From the NCBI GenBank assembly GCA_050613775.1, contig JBODTK010000107.1:434001-498000 (forward strand): a stretch of 64,000 nucleotides of DNA. Direction: 5' to 3'. A program made the translations under genes and the position numbers. Numbering within the stretch: position 1 is the first letter of the stretch; each line of letters begins with the position of its first letter. The notes beneath the pieces were generated by a model, which searched no databases, was not told the origin of the DNA, and was given only the letters and a program-made list of their open reading frames with translations. Below, piece by piece: positions 29,301 to 44,968 of the stretch. Source of the stretch: Neocallimastix sp. 'constans'. Taxonomy: Eukaryota.

Positions 29301-29552
29301 TAAAAAAATAAAATAAAATAAAAAAAATTTTTTTTCTTCTCTTTTAAGTTTTATTTTTTTTTGTTATTCTATAAGTTATGTTTTATTTCTTTTAATTTTT
29401 ATTTTTATAAATTATAAATTAAAAACTATTTTATATAATTATAATAAAAAAAATATTAAAAATATTTATAAAGAATAACAATGATAAATTTTTATAAATT
29501 TCACATAAAAACATATTAATTATTTTTCCTTTTAATATAAATATCATTTAAT

Positions 29553-32217
29553 TTATTGTTGTTTGCATTCCGGATTTTGAGCTGGTTCATTTAAATTCTA
29601 TTTAATATTAATATTATTATTATTATTATTAAAAATTATTATAAATAAAATAAAATTAAAAAAGTATTATTTAATAAAAATATTAAAACCAAATTATTTA
29701 TTATTTTTTAAATATAAATTTTTCTTTAAAAACAATAAAAAAATAAAACAATTGTATAATTATTATTTATATTATTAATATTAGATAATTTATTTTATGA
29801 TTTAGTTCATTACCTTAGCATTTTCAGCATCATCAACATCTTCATCATCGTCTTCATCTTCTTCATCATCATAACCATCATATTCATCAGAATCAAATTC
29901 AGCTTCTTCAAACTCTAAAGCTTTACCAGTAAACCAATCAACAGCATATGGAATAATTTTATCTTTTATTATTTCTCCAACTTCATAATCAGCTTCTAAC
30001 TTGTTATCTAATTCTTGCATCTATTGATGATTATTATTTTTTAATTATTATTAATAAAATGAAAAATATTATATATATATATATATTTTTTTTTTGGTAA
30101 ATATATCATTCTTAAAAAAAGGAAAATAATTATCAAATAAAATAAATATATATATAAATTTAAAATAATAATTACTTCATCTTCATCCATTTCAAGAGCT
30201 TCATCTGGAATTACTGGTGGGTTAAAGAAAGAGAAGAAAGTTTCAGCTGGAATGGTTCTCTTAATAATACGAGTTTGGTTGGTACCCTTTCTTCTTTGCT
30301 TCTTAGTTTCAACAGTAACAGTTAAATTTTTACCTTCATTCCAATTGATTTCGCAACTAATATCATTTTATAATTATAATTTTTCAAATTATTATTTAAA
30401 AAATTATTTAATACTTTATATAAAAAATTTAAATTAAAAATAAAAATTACCCTTCTGCCTTGCCATCAATAATATTTCCATAATCACCAGTATTTTCTAA
30501 TCTATAAATTTTGGTTAATACTTTATTAGTGAAGTATTCATTTTCATTAAAGAAGAAAGATAATTTAAATCCCTATCAATTTCAAAATAATAATAATAAT
30601 AATAGCATTAACATTAATATTAAATTTTAGTTATTATAATTATTATAATTTATTATTATAAATATATTATATATCACTTTGATTCACAATACATTTATAA
30701 TAATAAATTATTATTGAGTAATAACTTACATCAGAATCATCTAAGTAATTTAATTGAATATCAGTTAAAGCTTTTAATGGTTCTTCATCTCTTTCAGTAA
30801 TTAATTCAGCAATAATAGCATTAGTCTTTAAACAAGTTAACCAGAATTCTGGAATACCCTTTACTGGATCTGCAGATGGCTTTTCATCTTTTTTTTCTCC
30901 TGGTTTTTCTTCAGTATCCTAATATTTTAATATATAATTAATTTTTTTTGTTCATATCAATACATAATTATATTTTTAATTCCATTTCCTTAATTTCCTT
31001 TATATTTGATAATTACTTCATCCATATCACTGTCTTCTCTTTCACATTCAGCATCAGTTGGTTCAACCTTACCATTGATAATAGAAGAACGCTATTTCAA
31101 ATTTTAATAATTATAAATTTTATTAATTTAATATTATTTGATAAATAGACATGATTTTCTACTATATTTTCGTTATTAAATGGTATCAATACCTTTTCAA
31201 ATAAAGGTTGGTAGATCTTTAAATACTTCTTTTCTAATTCAGCTAATTCTGCTCTGTATTCTTTTTCATGCTTCAATTGTTCAGACTTTCAAAATAATAA
31301 AATGTATCATATTCATTTAATATATTTATTTAATAATAATAATAATAAAATAAAAAAAATAAATAAAATATATGCTTACTTGTATGTTCTTTAAAGCCTT
31401 AATTCTTCTTTTAACTATTTTAATGAATTTTAAAAATTTAAATAATTTAAAACTTAAAATTAATACTATTTTTATAAAAATTAATTATAAGTAAAATAAT
31501 TTATACCTTCTGGTGGTAATGATTCAATATAGCCTGATTGTCTACCAACTAAACTGCCTAAACGACCTTGAATGGCATTAAGAAGTTCTGGGTTATTGGC
31601 AAAAATGTTTTCTAAAAAATAATGAAAATAATATTAATATTTCCGAGAATTCATTTACTTTTTAATAAAACGTATTAATTAACAAAACTAAATTTTGGAA
31701 TTATACAATAAAATTTCATAATCAATTTTACTAATTATTAATCTTTAATCTATATCAACAATAGCAAATTATTTTTTAGAAAAAGAAAAAAAAAACTTAT
31801 GAACATATTATTTTATAATCTTTTTTAAAATTACTTTCATAATTAAACCATTTTTTTTTTATAAATATTAATTAAAGTCTTTATATATCACTTATTTTAC
31901 TCTTTGTTTATTATAAAAAACAAGTTTAATATATTTAGATATTATATTATTTTTAATCTCCAATTTATAATTGAATCCTTTTTCTATCCAAGAGTATATT
32001 ATAATAACTTTATTATAATAATATTATTATTTTTTCCTTAATTTTTATATTATTTTTAATAACAAATATATTAAAAAATTGAATTTTATTTTATTTTTTT
32101 TTAAATAGATTACTATCGACCTTTTTTTATAAATTTATATATTTACATAAATTTATATGTTTAATACTAATTAATCATTTTTTTTTTTTTCTTAATTATT
32201 TTTTTACCTGTTTCCAT
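29553..32217 (-). CDS. NAP1: Nucleosome assembly protein 1, multi-exon
   Basis: Exons translate to METE|NIFANNPELLNAIQGRLGSLVGRQSGYIESLPPE, VKRRIKALKN, ELEKKYLKIYQPLFEK, KGIPEFWLTCLK, FFNENEYFTNKVLTK, EINWNEGKNLT, ETFFSFFNPP, DYEVGEIIKDKIIPYAVDWFTG, acidic tail and NPECKQQ*. The 10-nt first exon 32217-32208 is inferred. Confidence 0.95.
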
Positions 32218-32340
32218 TATTTATTCAAAATAAAATATATATATAAGATAAATATATATAATTAATAATTTAGATTTTATTTTCTTTTGTTAAGTTTTAA
32301 TATATTAACAAAATATTTATTGAAAATCGCAAAGGAAAAA

Positions 32341-32398
<58 letters not shown>

Positions 32399-33688
32399 GA
32401 AATTAAAAATTATTGATTTAATTACTGCCCAAAAAATTTGTATTGTATTAAATAATACTATTAAATTGTATTAAAAGATTTAAATAAGAAAGAAATATAT
32501 TAAATATGCAATCTAATACAATTATAATATATAAAATAAATTATTCCCAAATATTATAAAAAAAGATAAAAGAAAAATGAAATGATTATTTTCATCATTG
32601 TAATTTTCATATAATATACATTTTTATACGTTATAACAATAATTATTTGTTAATTGATTTTATTATTTATTTATTCTTTATTATTATTTATTTATTCTTT
32701 ATTCTTTATTCTTTATTATTAATTATTTATTATTTATTATTTATTATTTATTTATTATTTATTTATTATTCAATTATTTATAACTTATTATTTATTATTT
32801 ATTATTTATTATTTATTATTTATTATTTATTATTTATTATTTATTATTATTTATTTTATTATTTATTATTTATTATTATTTATTTTATTATTATTTATTT
32901 TATTATTATTTATTATTTATTATTTATTATTTATTATTATTATTTATTTTATTATTATTTATTATTTATTTTTTATTATTTATTATTTATTATTATTATT
33001 TATTTTATTATTTTTTATTATTTATTATTTATTATTTTTATATTTATTATGTATTATGTATTATTCATTTAGTTATTTATTTATTTGTTCTTTTATTTTT
33101 TAATATACTTTTTAGCTTATTTATTATAATTTATAAATTTAATAAACTTTTTTATTATATTTGTTAATATGATTGGTTAAAAATAATTTAACTCGAAATA
33201 ATTTTTTATTTTTATTTTTATTTTTTTTGTATTTAATACAAATATTTGAAATTTTTATATAAAAGAAATAAACAGACCAAATTAAAACCATAAAAAAAGG
33301 TAAAAATATAATGATTAATTAAAAAAAAAAACTGAAATAAAAAAATATATATTTGAATAAATATATATTTTTAATAAATATAATATTAAAACTGTGTAAA
33401 TATATTTTAATATATGGAATTTTTTTTTTGATTTTAATTTAAAATATATGGAAATCATAATTAATATCATAATTAATTCATAATAAAACGTATTTATGTA
33501 TATTGTATCATAATAATAATAGACTTCTGAACTGGATTAATAAAAAATTCTTTACTATTAATATTTTGTATTAAATTATTTAAATTAAATTTTAATTTTT
33601 ATTAGTATGGAAAATAAATATTTATTTATAATAATGGGTAATAAATAAATGAATAAAAATTGACATTTTATTATATAATTATAATTTA

Positions 33689-33740
<52 letters not shown>

Positions 33741-34474
33741 AAAATAGATAAAAAAAAATATTTTAGAAATATTATATTATACTGATGTATTAGTAAAGTT
33801 AATAAACAATATTATTGCCAATATAATATCTGGCACTATAAATAATAATCTAATTCCACTTATTATATCAAATATCAATCTATAAAATATTTAAATATTA
33901 AAATTTATATATGATATTAATATCAATATTTAAACATAATAAAAACATAAATAGGTATCTTAAATATTTTAATATATTAATTTATTATATATACTATGAA
34001 AGTAAAGCTAATAAATTAAGTTTGCAATACTATATAATATATAAATCCAAATGCAGATATAAAGGATAAATCCATGGATAACCAGTTGTTAATTTTTCTT
34101 TAATCTTATTACCTTGAGAGTCAAGATAGATTAATATTGATTCAAGAATTTAAAATTCAATATATTGAATTTAAAATATATATAAATATATATGTGTATA
34201 TATAAAAATATTATATATTACTTAATTTAATAATATTTTTGAAAAAATATTATGAAATTCTACTTATGAAAAGCCAAACAAAAGGTAGAAATATTTAGAT
34301 GAACTTATAATTATTTTTATTATAAATATATAAATAAGAGGTATTCATAATCTTTTCAAAATAATAATTTATTTTTATTGCTATTATAAAACATGAATAT
34401 TTAAATTCAGATTATAAATTTTAATTATAATTTAATAATTAATTTTTTATTAATTTAATATTCATTTATACTAT

Positions 34475-34506
<32 letters not shown>

Positions 34507-34961
34507 ACTACTAAAATTAAATATTAATATGTAAAATTTTTTTCAAATAATAGAATACATAATGCATACATTATTTATATTGTAAATAATACTAATTTTT
34601 TTTTTTTTTTTTTTTTTTGTAAATTATAACAAAAAAATAAAAACAACTATGTCATTTAAAGTTATAAAAAAAAACATGGTATGCAATAATTAAAGACAAA
34701 AAAAATTTTTTTTTTGTAAACAATATTGTTTATTATAAACAAATATTTATTTTTTTTTTTTTTTTGTGTCAAAGTAAATAAAAAAAAAAATTCATAGTAG
34801 TTTATTAAAATTAAAATTTCCAATTTTACAAGTTTAGAAGGTTTTGTCAGTAAATTTATTGGCTAAACTTTATTATAATTTTTAAAAAATAATAATAATA
34901 ATAATATTAATAAAATTCATTAAAAAAATTTTTTTATTTTATTTATACAATATTTTAAAAT

Positions 34962-34993
34962 TTCACATTTCACATTTCACATTTCACATTTCA
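34962..34993. repeat. (TTTCACA)4 heptamer repeat upstream of DPY30
   Basis: TTCACATTTCACATTTCACATTTCACATTTCA seen directly. Confidence 0.75.
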
Positions 34994-35227
34994 TTTTGAA
35001 AAAATAAATAATTCTTTATTTATATATTAGCAATTTAATTGTCAGAAAAATAAAAGTAGACTTGATTATAAAATAATTCTGAAATATTTTTAAATTTTAT
35101 AATTTTATATAAAACTCTTTATTTATTAATTTATTTTATATATTAAATATATTAAATTATATAATTATAATTTTGAATTTTAGTCTGATTTCAATTTTAA
35201 ATTAAACTTATATATATTGTTATAAAT

Positions 35228-35347
35228 ATGGCAAATCCTGAAAGTAAATTTTAGATAAATAAAATTTAAATTTACTATATATAATAATAATTAATTAAAA
35301 ATATTTTATAATTTGTATATATTTTTAAACTATCAAATTTACATATA

Positions 35348-35380
<33 letters not shown>

Positions 35381-35929
35381 CATTTCACATGTATAAAGTT
35401 TCACCTAATAATATGGATACTAAAGAAGATATTAAAGTTGAAAATGTTGAAGACCCAATGGCTTTTCATAAAGAAAATGGATTAACACCAGATGTAGAAG
35501 TAAATCAATAAAACAAATTTAATAAAATTTAATTTTAAAATAACACCTTATAATCACATTTAAAAAAAAAAAAAGATAAATTAAGCTAAACCAAACTAAA
35601 AAATAAAATAAAATAAAAAACAAAAAAAAATAATAATAAATAAAATTATATATTATTTAATAATAAATTATTTAAATATTCTTATTATTTATAATAAATT
35701 AAAACATTATAATTTCAAAAAAAAGAATGCTATTAAAACTGAAAAGGAAAATTTTGAAAATAATCCATCGGAATATGAGCAGTTATGCAATTTACCAGCA
35801 AGAGCATATTTGGATCAAACTGTTGTTCCCGTATTACTTGAAGGTCTTAAAGAACTTGTTAAAGAAAGGTATTATATTTATTATAATAAAAAAAATTCTT
35901 TTTCTTTTTATTATTTATATTTTTCATTC

Positions 35930-36001
<72 letters not shown>

Positions 36002-36103
36002 TACTTAATATTAATAAAAATTATCAACAATTTTAGGCCACCAAATCCATATGAATATTTAGCTGCTTTTATATTAAAAAATGGAAAACAACTTCAAAAT
36101 TAA
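35228..36103 (+). CDS. DPY30: Dpy-30/Sdc1 motif protein (COMPASS subunit), 4 exons
   Basis: Spliced product contains LPARAYLDQTVVPVLLEGLKELVKER|PPNPYEYLAAFILKN; ATG at 35228, TAA at 36101-36103. Confidence 0.9.
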
Positions 36104-36208
36104 AAAAGATAAAAGAAAAGTAAAAAATGATATTAGATTTTAATTTTAAAACAATAATAATAATAAATTTATCTGTTTCATAGTATATACATATATAAGA
36201 ATAATAAA

Positions 36209-36280
<72 letters not shown>

Positions 36281-37314
36281 CATTATATCTATAATATATT
36301 GAATAAACTTTAAAATTTGTTGATTTAATTATATATATTATTTTTATTTTATTTCTTATGTATATATTATTTCTGTCTTTTTTTATTATTTTATAAAAAA
36401 GAGAAAAAATAAAATAAAATAAAATAAATAAAAAAAAAAAAAAATCTAAATAAAATTAACTAGAGCAAAGCCTTAAAACAAATATTAATAAAATACAATT
36501 ACATTATAATAATAATCAATTAAAAAAATAAAAATAGATAATAATAAATAATAAATAATAAATAATAAATAATAATAATTTTGTTATAACGATTATTATT
36601 TTAGATATAAATCTATTATTTCTAAATATAAATACTTTTTTTTTACCTGTTATTATTTCAACCTTATAATATCTTGTATTATATCTGTAATTATTTATTA
36701 TAATTTATTATTATAATAATTTATTATTATTATTTAATATCTTATTATTATTATCTTATTTTATTTAATGTACTTTAAATACAAATTGAGTATTTAAAAT
36801 TTATAACCTTTTTATAACAAATTTACCAAAAATTTTATATAAAATAACGTAATCAGTATAATCATTACCAATTATTCTGTTTATTTTCTTTTATTTTTTT
36901 ATTAATATTTTTGTAGAATATATATATATATATATATATAATTTTCCCGTTCCTTTCTTATACTTGATTATTGATTAGATTTTCTTGATTTGAGATTTAG
37001 CTATTGATTCTTAAATTTATATTTTATTTCCTTATTTTTTATGTATATATTTTTAATATATTATTTTTTTGGTGATATAGTTCTAAATTTATAATAAAAC
37101 TTCTCATTCTATTATATTATATATTTATATACAAAAATATATATATATAAATATATTTATATGTATACTAATGACAATAATAAAAGAGAAGTTATATTAA
37201 ATATATATTAACAAATATATATATATATTAAATTATTCATATAAAAAAACTTTTTTTAAAAAATTTTCATTGTCTCTTTTTATTTAAATATTAATAAACT
37301 TTATATATTTATAT

Positions 37315-38780
37315 TTATTGCCAAATATCACGATAGTATCTACGATTATCCATTCTCCTTTTATTATGTCTAATTTTTTCTTCTTGCTCTTCATAATTTA
37401 ATACTAATTTCTTAAGTTTCATTTGTTCCTTTCTTTCAATTTCACGTTGATTTCGTGCGGATACAGCAAAGAGACAATCATTTGGAACAGATAAAGACTT
37501 AGCTTGTTGCTTATTACCTTTCTTTGTTAACAATACAAATTCAACATTATTTTTTTCTTCCTCGGAATCATCATCTTGACTATCACTATTATTATCTCTT
37601 AAGTCTTTTTTAATACCCATAGGAATTGGGATATCAAATTGTTGAATCTTTCTTTCATTTTTACGAGAATCAAGACTTTCTTGCATAATTTGATGGAATT
37701 CTCTTTTATATTCCTCTTCTTCTTCTTCAGTAGGTTTAAGATCATCTTGATTATATACAACAACATCTTCATCATTACCATCACCTAAAATTTCATCTTC
37801 ATTTTCATTATTTTCATTTTCATCATCTTCATTATCTTCATCTTCTTCATGATTAATAACTTCATCATTGTTATCATCATCATCATCGTTTTCATCGTCG
37901 TCATCATCATCGTCATCATCATCATTATCATTATCATTATCATTATCAGCCTCTTCTTCTGGCGCACTTTTAGTACCATCATAAATAACTTTAGGTTCAT
38001 TTCTTTTTCGATCTTCTAAAACTAATCTATCTAATTCAATACAAGCTTCTTCATATGTATTAAATAATTTCTTATTAGGTTGGAAAACCTATTTTTTTTT
38101 TTTTTTTTTTTTTTAATATAATAATTCGTAAAAGTTAATTTAATATTTATTAAATTCATTATAAATAAACAAATAAATTGAACTGAATATAAATATTGAT
38201 ATTATTAAAATTACTTTTAATATGAAATATTATAAAAACTTACTTCAAAAATATCTTGAATTAAAAAAAGTATATCTGTTGGAGGTTGGAATTTGGTTTT
38301 GATATATACTTGGAAAAGTACTAAGAAAATATTTAATCTACTATCTTCTTTAAGACAGGTACCACAAGTATCTAATAAAGTGCAAATTAATCTAATACGG
38401 AAGTAATCGTGCGGAGCATCAAGAGGACATAATTCATCTGGTCTTGGTTTGCCTTGATCTTTTAAAATTTAGAGAATATATTAAAACGAAATATTTTTAA
38501 ATTATCATTAATAAATATTCTTACATTTTTTATTTAATAATAATAAATAAAAAAAAAAAAAAATAAAAATAAATAAATAAAAAATAAAAAAAAAAAAAAA
38601 AAGTTTATTAAATATATATATTTTTTACCATGACCAAAAGTAACAAGTGTATATAAAATATCAAAAATGGTATCGGTTTCAATCATATGATAAATCCAAA
38701 GTTCACCTAAAAATTTAATCATTGCTAATCTTCTTTGATTATGTTTATAATTATTTTGCTATGAATTAATTAAAAAAATC

Positions 38781-38813
<33 letters not shown>

Positions 38814-40558
38814 TAATAATAATAATAATAAGAAGAAGAAGAAGAAGAAGAATAAATAAATAAATAAATATAAAAAAAAAAAAATTAAAATAAATTAAAT
38901 TAAAATTTATAATCTCAATAAATTATATTAGAATTATTTATTAACATTAACTTTAATATTAATTATAATTTTTCAAGTTATATATATTTAAGGCAAACCT
39001 CTAAACCAATTCTAATATCTTCAATAGTATTATCAACTACAGCAACACCAAAATCTGGATGATAATGAGATAAATCAACAACTAAATAACTCATAAGGTG
39101 AATATTAATATATTTTAACTTCCAAATCTTAAAGAAAACCTTAAAAATAACACGAAGAACATCTGGATCATCCCAATTAAGCTTTCTGAATTGTTTAGAA
39201 ATACGATCAACAGTATACTTTCCTAGATCTTCATAAATCATTTTTCTTATATATAATTCAATAGGTGATCTTTGTTTAGCAGGTTTAATAATTTTTTCTG
39301 GAGGATTACATTGATAATAAGCATTTTCAATCAAAAGATTTTGACGATTGTCAATATGTTGTTTTGCTTTTTTTCTCATCATAATTTCAAGCATATTACC
39401 AAGACGTACTTTAGTTTCTGGAACACGATAAAGGAATCTTCCACAAGTTTCTAATAAACTACAAAGTATATCAATATTAAAACCATTGAAATTTCCTAAT
39501 AATACTTGTATACAATGGAAAACTACATGTAATGGAGTAACCCTAAATTTCGTCAATTCACCTTTAAATATGAATAAATAGATTATGAATAAATAAATTA
39601 TATATGATTATATTATATATTTTTTTATTTATATAATAAATCAATGTATAAATAAACTGTATTAGAGGGGGGGAAAAAATAATAATAAAAATAAAATAAA
39701 ATAAAATAAAATAGCAATCATAAAATATTTCCATATAAAAATAGCACTACTAATAGTAATAAATAACAATAAATAATCATATATGTACCAATAAATCTTA
39801 TATTTTTAATTTTTTCTTCATGAAACATTTGATCACCCTTTCTCTGTAATCTATGAAATTCAGCTTCTAATTCATTAATAACGGATTCACCAATTTCTGG
39901 GAAGCATCTATTTAATGTTGAAATTAACCGTGAATAATATGGTAATAAATCTAATCTTTGACGTGGAACATTAACTAAAGTTTTAATTAATTTTTTCATA
40001 GAACCCTTATTATTAACAAAACAAAAATCAACAGCAATTTGATCAATAGCATCACGATTTAACGCATATGGAAGACGCTCTAATATAGATTCAAGTGCTA
40101 ATGGATTTATATTACGTTTATCTTCTACTGTCATTGGTTCATCTTCAGGTTCAACTTCATCAATATCTCCATTCTTTTCCATTTTTTCACTTTTTTCTTT
40201 TAAAATTTTTTCTAATTCAAGTTCTGAAATTGCAAATGGAGAAGCTTGTTCGAGATTTTCATTTGAGGATTTTTCTGAATCTTTAATATCATTTTCTGAT
40301 TTTTTTTCTTTTTTACTTTTCAATAAATTTTTAGGTATCATAAGTTTTAAATCTATAGTTTGTTCATAAAATACCTTTGAATCTTCATCCTCCCAAATAT
40401 CACTTTGGAATGTATCCTATGATATTAATATAATTTTAATTCAATTATTGTTGATTTTTTTTTTTTTTTTTTTTAATTATTATTAATATTTTTAATATAA
40501 TTTTGTTGTATTGTAATTATTAATAATATTTTTATACCAATTTGAGAAAAGAAAACAA

Positions 40559-40604
<46 letters not shown>

Positions 40605-41313
40605 AATAAATAAATAAATAAATAAATATATGAAAATAGATAAATAGATAGATATCATATATTATTAAATGTATAAATAATTTGATATTGCATTATAATT
40701 TATTATAATTTATATAAAAATAAAATACATAAAAAATATAAACATTAATATATAAAAATATAATATAATATAATATAATAAAAATCGCTTACCAATTTTT
40801 TATCATTTAAACTAATTTTAAATGAAATACCTAATGAATCATCTTCATCGTCTTTAAATTCAGGAATCGTTTTATTAACGTACTTAAATAATATTTTGGC
40901 ATTATTATAATAATTTTCAAAAACTTTTTGGAACTTTTGATATTTTTCTTTTCTTTCTTCATTAATTTTACCATGAGCAATACTATTTTCATGGTTAGAT
41001 TTTTCCATTTTTTTTAAATTCTTTTATTTAGAAAAGAAATATAAAAATTATTAATTATTATTAACTATTCAATATATTTAGGTGTATATATATATGTATA
41101 TTTATATATTTATTTGAAAATGTTAATAAAAAATATAATATTTAATAAATAATTAATACATTACCTCATATGCTTTATTCAACTGAGTTTCTACTGCATT
41201 ACAATAATCTGAAATATATACTTTTAACCTATCTTTAACTTCATTTGGAACTGATATTATATCATCCTAATATATAAATTTATATAATTTAATAATTTAT
41301 TGTTGTTGTTGTA

Positions 41314-41358
<45 letters not shown>

Positions 41359-42329
41359 TAAATATATATGATTTAACATATTTTTATATTTAATTCATAA
41401 AATTTAATTACGTCATCATTCGATTTATTTTCTTCTTTGGTTGAGATAGTTTCACTTTTTGATGAATCATCTTCCTTTTCATCTTTTTTATCATCTTCTT
41501 TTACTTCTTGTTTTTGAGGAATTATCCCTGTTAACTCCCTACCATAATTAGACATAACAATTACAGCTAATGCTATATTATTATGAATATTTTTACCAAT
41601 TGATAACTATATTATAAAAATTTGTAAATATATATATTTAATAAAAACTCCAGTATGATATTTTTTTTAAATTTATGTATATATATAAATGATATAATTA
41701 TTTAATAATATATATATAAAAATTTACTAATTTTTTCAAAACAGTGACTACTAGCATTTCTTTTTCTTTGTTTAAAGATATATCACGAAATACATTTACG
41801 AGATATAATTCAATAAAAAGAGGTAATACTGATTTTTGTCTAGCTAATCTTGCACTGTCTTCTTTTTCTTTTTGTTCACCTGAAATATTATTGCTGGAAT
41901 AACTTCCTGGGTTAAGCTGCTTTAATAATGCATCTTGAAGTAATTTTGAAAAATCAGTAAAACGTTGGTGAAGTAATGAACAAATTTCTACAGCTGCCGC
42001 AATATCAGCTTGATTTTTTAATTTTGCTTCGGCTATAGCTGAAACAACTTCAGCTATATATTTTTCTAATTTTAATGATTTTATGTCTTTAAGTAATTCA
42101 TTTTTTTTTTCGCTTGTAAGAGATACCTTAAGTTTTTTAACAAATGAAGTATTCTTCTTGATTGAAGCATCAAGCTTCTCTTTGGATAAATCTGTAAAGA
42201 TAATTTATTATATTAAAAATTAAATTATATTTTTTTTTATTATTTCATATTATAATGTATAAAAATACCTATTCTTTTCTCCCAAGCTGCTTCATTTAAA
42301 GCTCTTAATTCTTTTCTCTTTGCATTCAT
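37315..42329 (-). CDS. UPF2: Nonsense-mediated decay factor Upf2, multi-exon
   Basis: MNAKRKELRALNEAAW; LDASIKKNTSFVKKL; LKLEKYIAEVVSA; IWEDEDSR.FYE; RLDLLPYYSRL; LLETCGRFL; IENAYYQCNPP; FRKLNW; DYFRIRLICTLLDTCG; acidic region; Upf2 C-terminal FVLLTKKGNKQQ...LVLNYE. Confidence 0.95.
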
Positions 42330-43493
42330 TTCTTATATGCTATAATTGATAAATTTGAATTAATTCAAATTAGTAATATAATAATTAACATATTTAAAAA
42401 AATAAACCTTATTTTAAATTAGTAAAAAATTTGAAATTATCATTATGTTTTTATAAATCCAATTGTAATAATACATATATATATATATTATTTTCAAATA
42501 ATATATACAAATATTGAATATATCCATAAAACAAAATTAATAATTATTATTTTTTATTTATTAACAAATTTACTTTATTATATTAATATTTATATACTAA
42601 ATAATTTACTATTCATTATTTATTAATTTTAAATTTTAGATTGTACCAAAATCAAATTTTATTTTATATTTTTATTAAAATAAATAAATCTATTAAAATT
42701 GAAAAACAAAAATCATTTCAAAAAAGATCCAATTCGTAAAATGAGAATTTATGGTATTAATAATTATTATACTAAATAATACAATTATTTTAATTCTTAC
42801 AATAATAAATATAGACATTTAAATTATTCTTACGTAATTATTATTTAAAATAATTTTTTGTATATTTAATAGGAATCTTTTCAAATTAATTTACTTTTAT
42901 ATTATATTTATATTAACAATTGTTTATTCAAGAATCGTTTAATTAGGCAATAAAGAAGTATATTTTGGGGCAAATGAATAGTAATCTATTAAATATTATA
43001 TGAAATCATCCAACATGATAATACACATTTGACATGAATTAATATAACGTTTAAATTTACCTTTAAATTACAAACGCTGTACAAAAAGAAAAATAATATA
43101 TGAAAATATAGATAAGAATATTAAAAAAAATATTAATATATAATTAATAAATTAATTTAATATTAAATAAAAAATATTGTTATAATTTTGAAATGTTAAA
43201 ATTAATTTTATTTTATTTTATTTTATTTTATTTTAATTTAAATTAAATAAAAACTGTATAATATATAAAAATTCTAATAAAAAAAAAAAAAAACTATTAA
43301 GAAATATATAATTATATAGATAATAATATAATAATAATATATTATTCCTTTAAAGATATCATATAGAAAACATAAATTAATGTTTTAGTAATATAATAAT
43401 GTTAATCACGTTTAGTAAAGTTTAAGAATCATTATTATTTATTAACTTAACACTTTATTAATTATATAATTATTTAATCAATTAATTAAGCAT

Positions 43494-43584
<91 letters not shown>

Positions 43585-43690
43585 GTTAGTTAGTTAGTTA
43601 GTAAATTGGTTAGTTGGTTGGTTAGTTATTTAGTTATTTAGTTATTTAGTTATTTAGTTATTTAGTTATTTAGTTTTTTAGTTATTTATT
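43494..43690. repeat. Compound microsatellite (TTTA)n, (TTAG)n, (TTAGTTAT)n
   Basis: Seen directly. Confidence 0.85.
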
Positions 43691-44390
43691 AATGAAGAAG
43701 ATAATTAATAATATCATATCATTTTTTTATTAGTAATATATTAAGGAAAAAAAATATTATTAAGAATTAAATTAATTGACCAATAAAATTTTAATTTTTC
43801 TTAAAAGTTTAATTTGCAGAAAATAAATTCTACTTTTTTTCTTTAATATATCTATTTCATTATATTTATTAAGATTTATGATAAATTATATTTTTTATAA
43901 TATATAAATGTAAAAGAGAATATAAATATACAGAAATAAAAATTTGGTAACTATATCTTGACTTTTATATAAAATTTCAATATTTCTTATAAAAACTTCT
44001 TCAATTTAAATTTCAACAATTTTGAAATAATTTTATTTAATACATAATTTTAAATTCGAAATATATAAATAATAAAATTAATATGAATATTCTTATGAAG
44101 CATTCAATAATATTAATAATTTTTTATTTATAGTTATATAAAATATATAGTAGTTTTGTTTGTTTTTTTTTTATATATTCATAAATTGTTTAATATACAT
44201 ATAAATTTCATATTATTATATAATAGGTCATTTTATTTTAAGCAAATTCAAAATTACATATTAGTTAGTTCTTCCTAAATTTGAAAATAAGAATAATTAA
44301 TTTTATTTAAAAAATAATATTATACTATTCCTCATGTAATTATTAACTGCTATTTGCAAATTTCGTTAAAAATTTATAATTAAAATTTAG

Positions 44391-44703
44391 CCTTTTGGAA
44401 GTAAAACTGAAAAGAAAGGAAATAAGCCTTCTAATAATGATTTTTCATTTAATTCAGAAACTGGAGAAATTAATTGGAATTGCCCATGTTTAGGTGATAT
44501 AACAAAAGGTTTATGTGCAAAAGAATATAAAGCTGCTTTTTCATGTTATATATATTCACAAGCTTATCCAAAAGGCATGTATTGTATTGAAAAAATTCAA
44601 AGGAATACAAGATTGGTTCAAAAAATACCCAAATGTTTAAAAAGATAATATTTTTAATGATGAAGATGATTTAGATATTAAAACCACTGAAAAGAAATTC
44701 TAG
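44391..44703 (+). pseudogene. MIA40: MIA40/CHCHD4 pseudogene fragment
   Basis: FNSETGEINWNCPCLGDITKGLCAKEYKAAFSCYIYSQAYPKGMYCIEK(fs)FKGIQDWFKKYP matches the Mia40 CPC plus twin CX9C core; extra A near 44590-44595, last Cys replaced by Trp, premature TAA at about 44637. Confidence 0.88.
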
Positions 44704-44937
44704 TGGAAATTTTGACAAAAAAAATATCAATTAGTTGAAAACAAGAAAATGATAATTAGTAAAATTTAATATAATAATTTATTAAATTGATAAAAAATTA
44801 AAATAAAAATTATAATCTTATTACTTTTGAATAAAAATTAAACATATTATAAAAAAGATTATCTTCAATAAAATTTCTTTATTTTGAAAGCAATTAATTT
44901 AGTAATGTAAAATAATAGTATTTAATTATTTAAAACA

Positions 44938-44968
<31 letters not shown>

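Noticed and set aside
32647..33072. 141-aa hydrophobic ORF
   Set aside because: Degenerate TTA/TTTA low-complexity repeat with no real codon structure.
43580..43690. TTAG/TTGG runs as telomeric repeats
   Set aside because: No TTAGGG units; they grade out of an adjacent (TTTA)n microsatellite.
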